In this document: piece after piece, positions 12,275-25,815 of the stretch | How positions within the stretch are numbered: the first letter of the stretch is position 1 | Layout of the letters: each line of letters opens with the position of its first letter | From: Eledone cirrhosa | Taxonomy: Eukaryota | Length of the DNA stretch: 64,000 nt | Assembly: GCA_964016885.1 (NCBI GenBank) | Contig: OZ024745.1 | Location: forward strand, 115,258,001-115,322,000 | Direction: 5' to 3' | The notes under the pieces: model-generated | What the model was told of the DNA's origin: nothing | Database searches by the model: none | What the model saw: the letters and a program-made list of their open reading frames with translations, nothing else | Program-made: the position numbers and the translations under genes

Positions 12275-13435
12275 CGGCGATGAATTAGTTTTGCGAGGTT
12301 TTTTATATGAAATCGTGTGTCGAAACAGATATTATTATATTTGGGGAGGGTCATATTTGCGTAATATTGCCAGAATTAATAACAGAACACACTCACTGTT
12401 TGGTTGGTTTTCGCTTCTCGCTGTCTTTTATATATATATATCTGCGATCTAACTTACTCGGTCCTCAATGTTGCCATTGACTGACCGGCGGTCAAAAATA
12501 ATACAGATACAATATAGACACAAACACATATATATAGTTTACATAATTTACATAAATCTTTCGTTGCACATCTGCAACATCGTCAGTGGTGTTATATTCA
12601 TTGTTCCTCCTGTTGTGTTGTATGTCTACGCCATTTTTTTTTTTTTGTTCAGTCTGTCTATATATTTATTTATTTATTTGCTTGTTTGTTTATCTTATTT
12701 TATTTTGTCTTCTTTGCGCATGCGTTTGCGTGTGTGTATAGTGTTATGTGTGATGTGTGACTAGTGTGTATAGTGTTGTGTCTGCTGGGTGACTAGTGTG
12801 TGTTTATGTGCTTGTGTATGTATTTATTTATCTTATTTTATTTAATTTCTGATTATTTAATTCACTGATTATTTAATTCACTGATTATTTAATTCACTGA
12901 CCTAAGAGAAGTATAAATAAGTAAATAAAATTAAATAAAATAAGATAAATAAATACATACACAAGCACATAAACACACACTAGTCACCCAGCAGACACAA
13001 CACTATACACACTAGTCACACATCACACATAACACTATACACACACGCAAACGCATGCGCAAAGAAGACAAAATAAAATAAGATAAACAAACAAGCAAAT
13101 AAATAAATAAATATATAGACAGACTGAACAAAAAAAAATGGCGTAGACATACAACACAACAGGAGGAACAATGAATATAACACCACTGACGATGTTTCAG
13201 ATGTGCAACGAAAGATTTATGTAAATTATGTAAACTATATATATGTGTTTGTGTCTATATTGTATCTGTATTATTTTTGACCGCCGGTCAGTCAATGGCA
13301 ACATTGAGGACCGAGTAAGTTAGATCGCAGATATATATATATAAAAGACAGCGAGAAGCGAAAACCAACCAAACAGTGAGTGTGTTCTGTTATTAATTCT
13401 GGCAATATTACGCAAATATGACCCTCCCCAAATAT

Positions 13436-13440
<5 letters not shown>
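12275..13440. mobile_element. Palindromic PLE-derived element, arms of about 510 bp (12333-12847 / 12930-13440), with hammerhead-like motifs at 12551-12589(-) and 13183-13222(+)
   Basis: The arms are nearly identical reverse complements, and the spacer holds 3 tandem CTGATTATTTAATTCA units. The arm is homologous to the 3' region of the PLE at 34040-35215. Motif: CTGACGA-T-GTTGCA-GATG-TGCAAC-GAAA. Confidence 0.9.
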
Positions 13441-13477
<37 letters not shown>

Positions 13478-13641
13478 AAAAAAACAGGAGGCTGGACTTG
13501 TGTAAATCCTTGATAAATATATATATAAAACCTAAATAAATAAATATATATATATATATACATAACGAAGGAAGTGTGGTAAGGAACCAGACGGACCATA
13601 CCTCACCAGAGTACTCAATACTTAGGGTAGTAGAGTAGGTA

Positions 13642-13679
13642 ATAGGAAAATGTTTAACCCCGTCGGGGTTAAACATTTT

Positions 13680-13684
<5 letters not shown>
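13642..13684. repeat. Perfect 43-bp palindrome next to (TA)n
   Basis: ATAGGAAAATGTTTAACCCCG-T-CGGGGTTAAACATTTTCCTAT. Confidence 0.9.
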
Positions 13685-13732
<48 letters not shown>

Positions 13733-13784
13733 TATATATAATATATATATATAATATATATGTATATATCGGTCGCAACTCTAG

Positions 13785-13912
13785 ATAGAAGGAGCAACGT
13801 GAAATAAAGTGTCTTGCCCAAGGACACAACGCATCACACGGTCCGGGAATCGAACTGACAACCTTACGAATGCAAATCTAATTATCTAACCACACAGTCA
13901 CACACCTTCACA
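13785..13912 (-). mobile_element. tRNA-derived CORE-like SINE fragment (other copies 38575-38852 and 46875-47170)
   Basis: GGAGCAACGTGAAATAAAGTGTCTTGCCCAAGGACACAAC...CCGGGAATCGAAC; the minus strand has B-box GTTCGATTCC. Confidence 0.7.
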
Positions 13913-14524
13913 TCGTGTATATATATATACACGATAATGGCAATAAGGAACTAAAGAAAAAATATCTAATACTGTAAAGTAAATTATTTTAGTTAATTTT
14001 ATGAATTGAAACCTTCACCGTAAACCATTGACGTAGTTCGCCAGACCGCCTTACTAGGATTACATTCACAACACACACATGCAATAATTACAGAAGACGG
14101 CAAAAATCTTGTTTTAATCACACATTGCTAGAAGCTAGAGACATTAAAACGGCTGTTTTATATTCAAGACATGGAATTACTCTTGAAAGATCGGAGGGAA
14201 ATATTCTGCTTTCGAAGAACGTATATAGGAAGAAGGATTTAATAGCAAAATATCTAATACGCCATGCATGATTAGATAAGGAAGCAACATGGAGAAAGAA
14301 AGGATGTGGTGGTAACAGAAGAAGGTCCAGAAACAAAAGATGTATGATTTACAGGTTCGTCTCCTGTCAGTAGGTGAGGTTTATTTAACACATCACTGCA
14401 CTTACCATTTTGAATAGTTGATGGGCTGCAATATTTCAGTAAATGATTAAAACCATAGTATATGTGGACAGAAAGCAATATTCTAGAATATATATATATG
14501 TGTGTGTGTATATATATGTATACA

Positions 14525-14560
14525 CTAGCCGAATTACCCGCGCCTTGCTGCGTTTCACAC
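14525..14560 (-). mobile_element. Helitron-like 3' terminus (CTAG plus imperfect GC hairpin)
   Basis: ACTAGCCGAATTACCCGCGCCTTGCTGCG resembles the termini at 15401 and 33254. The matching 5' end may be the segment at 16860-17027. Confidence 0.45.
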
Positions 14561-15275
14561 ATTTTTTTTTGTAAGAAAATGATGATTGATTTTAAATCAG
14601 TGATATAATTTATGGAGAATAACTCTGCATTTCAATATTACTCAATGTAAAATGTACTGCATGAAAAATTGGAAAACATTATTTTTTGTAATATATCAAA
14701 TCAAAATTACATTATTAAATCTTATTCTTATTATGAGGCTATAAGTTTAAAATGTACTTATGAAGAAATAATAGACAAATGATTCAGATTCCTTTCCGCG
14801 ATGTACAGCCATATGATACTTACCTAGTATTTCTCCTAGCCTGTTGAAATTGACTAGACAAATAGTTAACTACACGGAATTAGGTACAAAATTGAAGTTA
14901 GAAGAAAAAATGCACATAAATTTTACCAAAATTCTCATAGTCTCTACCAACCGGTGGTTTCGTTCTACTTTTTGGATATACCCGGTCTTGGATAAATCCA
15001 CGAGGCTCGGAACTCTCCAGACTGGACTAAGATTCTTCTACCATGATCCCCGCCAGAAATGAATTCAAAATGGCTAAGAACCATCACGTGGCCAGTGGTC
15101 AAGGCAGAAAGTTTGTGATTGGTGCCTGTCGGCGACTAGGCTGGTTGCTAGAAAGCGCAGCCGAATACTGCCTAAAGTTTTACTCAACCTTACGGGAGTG
15201 TATATTAAATTCGAAGGGTATATATATATAAATTAGACAAAGTCACAAATACATAACCTTCCCATATGAGGAAGT

Positions 15276-15372
15276 ACCCACTTGACAAGTTCGGCTATTC
15301 ATGCACTAGGCTAAAAATTCTAATTTAGTCTAGAAATAGCCGTCGAAACGGCTTGAGCTCTGCCGTCGGGGT
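15276..15372 (+). ncRNA. Hammerhead motif with compensated U3-A8 core (TTGACAA) and long stem II
   Basis: ACCCAC-TTGACAA-GTTCGGCTATT...CTAGGCTAAA/TTTAGTCTAG...AATAGCCGTC-GAAA-CGGC-TTGAGCTCT-GCCG-TC-GGGGT. Confidence 0.65.
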
Positions 15373-15400
15373 CACACTTTTTCCTATATATATATATGTA

Positions 15401-15828
15401 CGAGCAGAGGTACCCGGCGTTGCTCGGGTATTAAATAGCAGTTATGTATACCATTTATGTCAATACTTCAGTGCTGCTTCGAAAACTACTTTTACAAAAT
15501 CATTGGCTTTCTCCAAAAGTGGGTTCCTGCCCCCCAGGGGTCCCCTACCCAATCTGAGAGTGAACATTCATCTGTAGAACAAACGTAGCCCATGTGTCAA
15601 GTTTTGTGAAAATCGGTTGCGAACTCCAGAAGTTATGACGTTTTGTTGCATTGCACTGCAGTGCTTCAGTCGACTCCAAGGAAGTGGTTAAAGGGGGTTA
15701 TCTGCCGGGAGGCCCTATAATCAATATCTGGAAAAATGAAAGTGCCCATGACCATCCGGAGTACATAAGTAAATTATGTCTTAAGTTTGGTGAAAATACT
15801 GTAGAAATGCATAGGGTTTACACACACA

Positions 15829-15860
<32 letters not shown>
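15401..15860 (-). mobile_element. Non-autonomous Helitron-like element
   Basis: Terminal hairpin TACCCGGCGTTGCTCGGGTA, internal AAGTTTTGTGAAAATCGG motifs and an AC microsatellite, like the 32309-33254 element in reverse. Confidence 0.55.
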
Positions 15861-15868
<8 letters not shown>

Positions 15869-16159
15869 TGTGTGCGTATGTATATGTATGTGTATGTCCG
15901 TCGGCGCATACGTATGTACTGGCCTAAATCTTCACTATTTACTTTTACTATTTTAAGGCAAAGTTAAAATCCCGTCGAGGTTAACTTTGCCTTTCATCCT
16001 TACAGGGTCGATAAAATAAAGTATCAGTAATGTACTGGGTAATTGCTGGCCTTGTGCTAAAGTAGAAGCAACTATTTTAATAACCTCTGTCATTTTCGTT
16101 TACAATTTTATTTACATCATTCTTAAACTCTAGGGCTGGAAATCATTCGGTTATTTTAA

Positions 16160-16430
16160 ATAGAATATTAGTCTAACGACTCCATTTACACCATAAACTT
16201 GGTCTTGTCTTTGCATAAAATTGTTCTTCTCGGTCCACATAACGATGTATTATCCTCGCTTTTTTTTCGTTCATTGCCAGGGAACATCTTCACGAACCAA
16301 AATATCGTCTTCCTGTTTTCCTTCGGTTGCAACGTTTCTCGAAATATTTAATTCTGCGTTCACAGATTGAATTTTTTAGTTTCAGAAGATCCCGTTAATG
16401 CTGAAAGCAGCGATTCTTTGCTTAAACTTT
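16160..16430 (+). mobile_element. Solo copy of the PLE pseudo-LTR family seen at 35385-35760 and 37385-37665, with a damaged CAGAAGA hammerhead-like motif at 16378-16428
   Basis: Colinear homology to 37385-37655. Confidence 0.75.
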
Positions 16431-17373
16431 CTTCTTTCTCAACCCCTCTCCCTTTTTTCTCATATCCTCTCTCTCTCACTTTCTCTCTCTCTCACTCATA
16501 CCCACTCTCTCTCTCTCTTCCTCTACAGAATGGAGAACAATAAAGAACGCGCAGATCTCTCTCTCTCTCTGTCTTTATATATATATATGTGTTCGTGTGT
16601 GTGTGTTAACCAGCGTTCGTCACCATTCTCTCTCTCTCAATCTGATTATCTTGTACCTCTCTCTGTATAACGATCTATCTCACACTCTCTCTCTACATCT
16701 CCCTCTTTCTCTCTTTAGATGTATATGTATATGTGTGTGTGTGTGTGTGATATATATATATATAGAGAGAGAGTTGCAGCATGTATGTAGAGGGTAGTAG
16801 TGAGAGTGAATAAGCGTGTAAGAGAGAGGGTTACAGCATGTATTTAGTTTTATCGATTATTTTCATAGAAGTAGGACATTTTTGGAAAAGTTTATTACGC
16901 GTTGACCATCGTTGGTAAATTTGGAGCACATTGGGAAAAAAATCATCGAAATCGGTAGAGAAATGTGGAAATGCATAAAAATCATACGCACACACAGACA
17001 GACATCTTCCGTTTTATATATATAGAGGTAGTATATATTTCGATATACATTCATTTAAATACATTTACTCCCGATATTTCAATATATCGGTAGATAGAGT
17101 TGCTTTACGGTTTGTTAGTGAGCTATTTTGATCATTCCTGCCTACCAATGTCCACGACTGTCACATTTATTGTCACAACCGCCATAACAACATGTGAGTT
17201 TTGGTCTCGACTCAAACTTAATTATGGACAATTAATATCTTGTCTAATTAATAAAGTGACCTACTGATGAGGGTTAGCTTCTTTACATTGCCAATTATTC
17301 ATTCAATTATGGTAATTGATTTATTTTTTCAACACTCGAATCAAGGAGATCAATATCAATAATAATAATAATT

Positions 17374-19837
17374 GTTTCATTTATTGCCCACAAGAGCCGA
17401 CATATAAGAGTCAGTACAATAGACGGTGACAGGGGGGGGGGGGGGAGAGGGGGTTAACAAAAATCGTATAAAAATATATGCTTCGGCATTAAAGTCTCTT
17501 GAGTCAATATGTAGAGAAGCGAGGAGAGAGAGAGCAGCCTTAGCGGATCGATCGGGAGATCTGAAACGGTTCCGAAAGGTGGCCATTAACTTTGACCACC
17601 GATCAGATGACACTGTGCATTGCAGCGATCCAGCTTCTGAAGACGGAGCCGAAGCCAGCTGCCTTGAGAACAGCCTCCAGGTATCGATGGTCAACCTTAT
17701 CGAAAGCTTTCGATTGATCTAAATTGATCAGAACCCGACCGAAGCCAGGTTTATACCCTACCCTCTCTCTTATGTATCGCATGAGGTGGAGGTTGTCGTG
17801 TATAAACCTGGTCGGGATTGCACAAATTTGTGCCTCCCCAACCAAATCTTCGACGACAAGCGCCAACCTCTTCGCTAACACCTTGGCCAAAATCTTAAAC
17901 TCTTTGTTGAGCAGAGTTATGGGCCTGAAGTTATCTAACGTGTCCCTCTTGTTCTCGTTTTTCCTCATCAGCTTCTCCCATTCTGCTGCCAGCTGCAGTA
18001 GAACGCCTCGAGGAGATCGGAGAATAAGTCTGGCATAATTTACGTAAAGCTCGTAGGGCAGACCATTCAAATCGGGTGACCTGCGGCTAGTGCAGCCGCC
18101 AACGGTGTTCCGAATTTCGGCCAAGGCTATCGGCCTTATGCAGCGCTCAGCGTCGGTCATTGAGAGACGTGATATGCTCTGACCCGCCACTTCCCCCGAA
18201 CAACCGAGCAAAATGCTGGCGAAAGGCCTCATACATCCCCCTGGAATCGTTCAGTCAAAGACTGAATTGTGGTTTTGTTACCACGCTGTGCCTCTTCCAC
18301 ATGGGGCCCATCGAACAGCTTTGGTTCCCTCGTTTCTCAGATCACGCTCTTTAGCTCTGACAATGCAACCTTTGTGTTTCGCATTGAAGAAATGGTCTAA
18401 TGCCATTCTCGCCTCAAGCACGTCAGTTGCAATGCCTCTAGAAATAGCCTCGTCTAACTTAGCTACCAGCTCCCCCTCCTTTCTATTTTTCTCTAACGTT
18501 ACTTTTCCCTATCGAAACTACTCTAATCTCTCTTTTGAGAACCCCACACCACCTGTTGTTGACGACCCCCCTCCTGTCAACTTTTGCTTAACTAAATTGT
18601 TGACTCGGTCCCTGTAAGCTTTACCTATCAGAAACGACACGTTCAGGTTCCAGTAACCAGGTCCTACCCTACGCGTCTTATCTAGGTCGACCATACAGAT
18701 CACAAACTTGTGATCTGAATAGGCGACCGTTTGAAAATGTGGACAGCCTACATTATTTCTATCTATTTCCCTCATGAAAATTCTGTCTATATACGATCTA
18801 GATGACCCTATGCGGTTGGTCCAGGTTCACACTGGCGCATTAGGGAAATCTAGTCGGTCTCTGTCACACAGTTGGAACTGGCTGATCAGAAACTTGAGAC
18901 TTTTGCACCCCCCACCCCCACCCCCGCTCCTATCGGCTACTCCCACACAATCCCAGAGTGCGTATAATATACCGTTCCAGTCCCCCGCTAACAGTAAAGG
19001 GCGAGACGTACCCATAAAAGCTTTCAGGCGTCTAAAGGAGTCTGGCCGTCCGGTCCCCGTCGAGGCGTAGACGGCCACCAGTCTAAAGGCACCACCTTCA
19101 CTATTGTTCTCATCCAGGACCACCAACTTACTGTCCGGATCCCGGAAAATCAACCTTACCTCGAGATCCAGGCCTTTCCTAAACAGCACTGCCACCCCCA
19201 CCTCCCATTCCCGGCCCACTAACAGACACGAAGATCTGATAGTATTTGGATTTCCCTCATCTTCACTACTGGAAGATGAGGGGTCTGTGGCTGTAAGTGT
19301 GTCTGTGTCTGTGTATTTGTTTATGTTTTTGCCCATGTGTGCATTTTTGGAGGGAGTGGGAACGGGAGAGCTTTTCTCGTTCCCTACTGGATGGCGAATG
19401 TTGCTGGTGGTTTTGCCGGTGCTGGTGTTGGTGGCGGTCCTCGCCCCGTGTCGGCAGCTTTAGAGACCTTTGACTCCATGCACTTTTCACCAGTTGAAGG
19501 CAGAAGGCTCACAAATGAGCTGTTTCCCCGAGACGAAACAATGTGGTCTTTTCCCTCGGTCATTATACACAATACCGTCCCGTTCACGACAGAAGACTTT
19601 TTTTTACATGTTGGGGCGTAGTCCAGCCATATTTTTTTCTCGATAATTTATTTTTATACAAAGTTCAAATATTTGGGCCAAAAGGCCCAAATATTATAGC
19701 GTCTCCCCTTCACAGGACACAGAAGGAATTATTACGAACCCTTAGCAACAAAAAAAAGCAAATACAAATAAAAAAAAACAACTGAAATTCATTAACTCAC
19801 GGAGCTTCCAAACACACGTGTACTCTTGCCGACGACC
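17374..19837 (-). mobile_element. Tx1/L1-clade non-LTR retrotransposon, internally deleted pseudogene (APE endonuclease and RT fragments)
   Basis: GVAVLFRKG, LVAVYA, LLLAGDWN, YSDHKFV, GPGYWNLN, SPDLNGLPYELY, NFRPITLLNKEFKILAKVLAKRL, LDQSKAFDKVDH. There is an AATAAA near the 3' end and an identical 17-bp flank CAATAATAATAATAATT at 17357-17373 and 19978-19994. Confidence 0.9.
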
Positions 19838-19843
19838 AATAAT

Positions 19844-20798
19844 GATTATTTCTAGTATAGGCACAAGGCCAGTAATTGGGGGGGGGGGGGGCAAAGTCGA
19901 TTAAATCGACCCAGTTCGATACTGGTACTTATTTTATCGATCCCGTAAGGATGAAAGACAAAGTTAACCTCGACGACCAATAATAATAATAATTATTTTG
20001 GGGGAGGGGCACGTCAATTAAACCGACCCCAGTGTGTGACTGGTACTTTATTACTGGTACATCCTCACGGTCCGGTAAGAATGAAAGACAAAGGTAACCT
20101 CGGCGGGAATGAACTCAGAAGGTAAAAAACTGTAACGCTATGCCACAATGCATATTGTCCGACGCTCTACCGATACTGCAAATCCACCGCCCTTAAAGAA
20201 GAAGAAGGAGAAGTAGCAGGCCAAGAATGTGTCTAAATAATTGTTTCTACTTTTTGGCACAAGGCCAGCAATTTAACCAGTACATTACTGGTACTTTATT
20301 TTATCGACCCCGTAAGGCAAAGTTAACCTCGGCGGGATTTGAACTCAGACCATAAAGGGACGTAACTGTTCTGCAAAGCATGGCGTCCGACTCTCTACCG
20401 ATACTGCCAATCCACCTGATTAAATGGGTGTAAAGTTTTGTGTGGATTGATATTGGTAGCGGCAGTACATGGCAGAGGGAGAGTAGGAGAAAATTTAGAC
20501 TATGAACAGGTGAAAATAAATGATTGGTTGGTGTGTCTTGGCTGGTTGGTTGACTCGGCTGTTTAGCTGGTTCTATATATTTTATACTAAGAAGGATTGC
20601 TAGGATCCATAGATTTCTCTTGCAGCTACCGCTACCATCATAGATAATTGTTTCTACTATTGGCACAAGGCCAGCAATTATCCAGTACATTACTGGTACT
20701 TTATTTTATCGACCCCGTAAGGATGAAAGGCAAAGTTAATAGATAATTGTTTCTACTTTTGGCACAAGGCCAGCAATTATCCAGTGCATTACTGGTAT
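19844..20798 (-). mobile_element. Cluster of five Meta-type SINE copies or fragments
   Basis: Repeated GGCACAAGGCCAGC...CTGGTACTTTATTTTATCGACCCCGTAAGG. The first copy has the 14-bp TSD CGACGACCAATAAT. Confidence 0.8.
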
Positions 20799-21269
20799 AG
20801 ATAATAAACTGACAAACTTAATACATTGCTAGGATCCAAAGACTACTCTTGCAACTAACTACCGCTATCATCATTGAAAATAAACTGACAAACTAAATAA
20901 AGAAGCCTCTACGCGGTCGCTAGACTGCTAGATAAAACAGCAACATTTCCCTCAACCACGCCCTACTCGCTTAAAAAAAAAAAAAAATGAAGAACCCATT
21001 ATAGTTAGAGGAGCCCGTTCGATATGTAGGTCATGCCTGGAACGTCTCACCATAATACCTGTTTAATCAGGACAGACTGGTATATAAGGATCAGATACCA
21101 ATATCGATACCGCTCCCAACACCATCAATTACTCTTGATATTTCTATTAATATTGATTTCTTACACGAGGTGGAAGTGTAAGAGATTAATTCGACCACAG
21201 TATATGACTGGTACTAATTATTTTATCGATAGACGATGTAGACGATTGGAACGATTTCTGGGATTGTTG

Positions 21270-21271
<2 letters not shown>

Positions 21272-21302
<31 letters not shown>

Positions 21303-21312
21303 TAACCACCAT

Positions 21313-21350
<38 letters not shown>

Positions 21351-21360
21351 TAACCACCAT

Positions 21361-21410
<50 letters not shown>

Positions 21411-21420
21411 TAACCACCAT

Positions 21421-21473
<53 letters not shown>

Positions 21474-21483
21474 TAACCACCAT

Positions 21484-21515
<32 letters not shown>

Positions 21516-21534
21516 ATACTACTATAACCACCAT

Positions 21535-21590
<56 letters not shown>

Positions 21591-23176
21591 TAACCACCAT
21601 CACTACTACCATCACCTCCACCACCATCACCACTACTACTACTACCACCACTACAACTACTACCATTACCACCATCAATACTACTACCATCCCACCACCA
21701 CCACCACCACCACCATCGCACCATCCCACCACCACTACCATTACCTCCACTATCCCACCACCACTACCATCGCCATCCCACCATCCCACCACCACTACCA
21801 TCGCCATCGCACCATCCCACCACCTCTACCACCACCACCACTACAACCACCACCACCACCACCACCACCACTACCACCACCACCACCACCACCACCACCA
21901 TCTCACCATCCCACCACCTCTACCACCACCACCACTACCACCACCACCACTACAACCACCACCACCACCACCACCACTACCACCATCTCACCATCCCACC
22001 ACCTCTACCACCACCACCACTACCACCACCACCACTACAACCACCACCACCACCACCACCACCACTACCACCACCACCACCACCACCACCACTACCACCA
22101 TCTCACCATCCCACCACCTCTACCACCACCACCACCACCACCACCACCACCACCACTACCACCACCACCACCACCACCACCACTACCACCATCTCACCAT
22201 CCCACCACCTCTACCACCACCACCACCACCACCACCACCACTACCACCACCACCACCACCACCACCACTACCACCATCTCACCATCCCACCACCACCACT
22301 ACCACCACCACCACCACCACCACCACCATCTCACCATCCCACCACCTCTACCACCACCACCACTACCACCATCTCACCATCCCACCACCTCTACCACCAC
22401 CACCACCACCACTACCACCACCACCACCACCACCACCACCACTACCACCATCTCACCATCCCACCACCTCTACCACCACCACCACTACCACCACCACCAC
22501 CACCACCACCATCTCACCATCCCACCACCTCTACCACCACCACCACTACCACCATCTCACCATCCCACCACCTCTACCACCACCACCACCACTACAACCA
22601 TCTCACCATCCCACCACCTCTACCACCACCACCACTACCACCACCACTACCACTACCACCATCCTACCACCACCACTACCACCATCCCACCATCCTACCA
22701 TCACCACCACCACCACCACCACCACCACCACCACCACCACCACCACCACCACAACCACTACCACCACCACCACCACCACCATCCTACCACCACCACCACC
22801 ACCACTACTGTCTATAATGACTCCCTCACTATTGAAGCTGCAACTGTTGCTACCATCTCTTGTGTAGTGCAACATATTGAGAGACAGAGGTCATTAACAT
22901 TGGCCACTGGGACACCTACTGCCACTACTACTACTGCCACTACTACTACTACTACTGTTACTACTACTGCCACTACTACTACTGTTGTTGTTACTACTGC
23001 CACTACTACTACTGCTACTACTACTACTGCTACTACTACTACTGCTACTACTACTACTACTACTACTGCTACTACTGCTACTACTGCTACTAGTACTACT
23101 ACTGCTGCTACTACTGCTACTGCTACTACTACTACTGCTACTACTACTGCTACTACTACTACTACTGCTGCAACTG

Positions 23177-23232
<56 letters not shown>

Positions 23233-23251
23233 GCTACTACTACTACTACTG

Positions 23252-23295
<44 letters not shown>

Positions 23296-23527
23296 GCTAC
23301 TACTACTACTACTACTACTACTACTGCTACTACTACTGCTACTACTGCTACTACTACTACTACTGCTACTACTACTACTACTGCTACTACTACTGCCACT
23401 ACTACTACTGCTACTACTGCTACTACTACTGCTACTGCTACTACTGCTACTGCTACTGCTACTACTACTACTGCTACTACTGCTACTACTACTACTACTG
23501 CTACTACTACTACTACTGCTACTACTG

Positions 23528-23577
<50 letters not shown>

Positions 23578-23641
23578 GCTACTACAACTACTACTACTAC
23601 TAGTACTACTACTGCTGCTACTACTACTACTACTACTGCTG

Positions 23642-23694
<53 letters not shown>

Positions 23695-23815
23695 GCTGCT
23701 GCTGCTACTACTACTACTACTGCTACTACTACAAGTTACTACTACAAGTTCTGCTGCTGCTTCTACTACTACTACTATTGTTGTTACTACTACTACTGCT
23801 GTTGCTACTACTGCG

Positions 23816-23866
<51 letters not shown>

Positions 23867-23957
23867 GCTACTACTACTGTTGTTACTACTACTACTGCTG
23901 CTGCTATTATAACCACTTCTGCTACTACTACTGTTGTTACTACTACTACTGCTGCTG

Positions 23958-24023
<66 letters not shown>

Positions 24024-24030
24024 TTTCTAC
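21272..24030. repeat. Long (ACT)n/(ACC)n trinucleotide arrays with higher-order interruptions
   Basis: Visible directly; source of the poly-T/S/V/L ORFs. Confidence 0.95.
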
Positions 24031-24194
24031 TACTTCTATCAAGCTATTTCTATATACATACACACTTACACATATCCATCCTTCCATACATACATACATT
24101 CATTCATGCATACACACATACATACATACATAATACATACATAATAATTACATACATACATATATCCCTCCCTCCATCCATCCATCCATACATA

Positions 24195-25475
24195 CATGGT
24201 GGCTGCCAACTCATTTTCGAGTACAGCCACTACTTTATATCCATGTAGGAGAACCCCTACCGATGCGCTGAACGAGTGTGACTTTTTAGTCCAACCAGCG
24301 ACTTGAAAACTCTGGTACAAACACTACACTTGTGACAATTATTGACACATACTGTTGGGCCCATGGTACCATGTGATGACAAGTGCAGAGAGATCTCCAG
24401 ATATAAAGCAATGCCTGTGCCGTGAAGCTTTTATAGTGAGCAAAGGCACTGCACAAAGCCAGTCCCACTCTCTTAACCAAGATGATATTTACCAAAAAGA
24501 AGAACAAGTCAACATCATTGGATACCATCAGGGTTGCAGGTGCTATATCAGAGTTTTCCTTCTCCTAGAATTCTGCCTTGACAAAGGCTAAGGAGTCATC
24601 TTTCCCGGTGATTTTGGATGGCCATTGACTCTTAAGAGCTCCTTTGCCCTTTGACAGGTTTTGTTTTTAGACCTGCAGGATGTCCAAAGTCACCCTCCTC
24701 ACCAAGAAACCTTGGTGGGGTTGCCAGCTTAGTTGCCAACGACCCGACCATGGGTCAGGTTGTACTGGGATACATGTTACCAGTAGCACCAACTGGTGAC
24801 CTGACATAATACATACATACATACATACATACATACATACATACATACATGGTGGCTGCCAACTCGTTTTCGAGTACGGCCACTACTTTATATCCATGTA
24901 GGAGAACCCCTACTGATGCGCTGAATAGTGTGACTTTTTAGTCCAGCCACCGACTTGAAAACTCTGGTACAAACACTACACTTGTGACAATTATTGACAC
25001 AGTGCTGGGCCCATGGTACCATGTGACGACAAGTGCAGAGAGATCTCCAGATATAAAGCAATGCCTGTGCCGTGAAGCTTTTATAGTGTCAAAGGCACTG
25101 CACAAAGCCAGTCCCACTCTCTTAACCAAGATGATATTTACCAAAAAGAAGAACAAGTCAACATCATTGGATACCATCAGGGTTGCAGGCGTTATATCAG
25201 AGTTTTCCTTCTCCTAGAATTCTGCCTTGACAAAGGCTAAGGGGTCATCTCTCCCGTATACATACATACATATATACATACATACATACATACATACATA
25301 CATACATACATACATGGTGGCTGCCAACTCGTTAGCAAAAAGAACAAGTCAACATCATTGGATACCATCAGGGTTGCAGGTGCTATATCAGAGTTTTCCT
25401 AAAGAGTCAATGGCCATCCAAAATCACCGGGAGAGATGACCCCTTAGCCTTTGTCAAGGCAGAATTCTAGGAAAA
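24195..25475 (-). mobile_element. Three tandem copies of a non-coding retroposon (about 610 bp) with (TATG)n tail; fourth copy at 39952-40105
   Basis: All copies share the end ATGGTGGCTGCCAACTC next to (CATA)n and are truncated at the other end. The third copy has an inverted segment (25392-25472). Confidence 0.75.
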
Positions 25476-25521
25476 CACATCCATCCATACATACATACAT
25501 ACACACATACATACATACATG

Positions 25522-25815
25522 TACAATCCATTAATGGAACAGTAAAAATATGTAAAACTTTCCTAAAATTTTGCATCTAATATCTGCATATACACATGTA
25601 CAGATATAAAGCATATACACATGCACACATACAACTCAAAACATACACATCCACACATAGAATAACATCTATATCTACACATGCATACATACATACATAC
25701 ATATCTACCTGGTTGATGTGTAAATTCCAATGAGAGAGTCTTGTGTCTATGTTAGAAACCGACTCTCTCTCTCTATTGACAAACATTTGTGAAATTATAA
25801 ACCCAGAAGAACATA
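25522..25815 (+). mobile_element. 3' end of R4/Dong-like RLE retrotransposon (family 1)
   Basis: VQSINGTVKICKTFLKFCI* plus a 3' UTR homologous to 39008-39300; embedded in (TACA)/(CATC)n. Confidence 0.65.

Noticed and set aside
17258-17350. CTGATGAG...CTCGAAT hammerhead candidate
   Set aside because: No GAAA and no convincing stem I or III.
21218-24248. Long poly-Thr/Ser/Val/Leu ORFs (mucin-like)
   Set aside because: Translations of (ACT)n/(ACC)n arrays, open in several frames on both strands, with no supporting gene structure.
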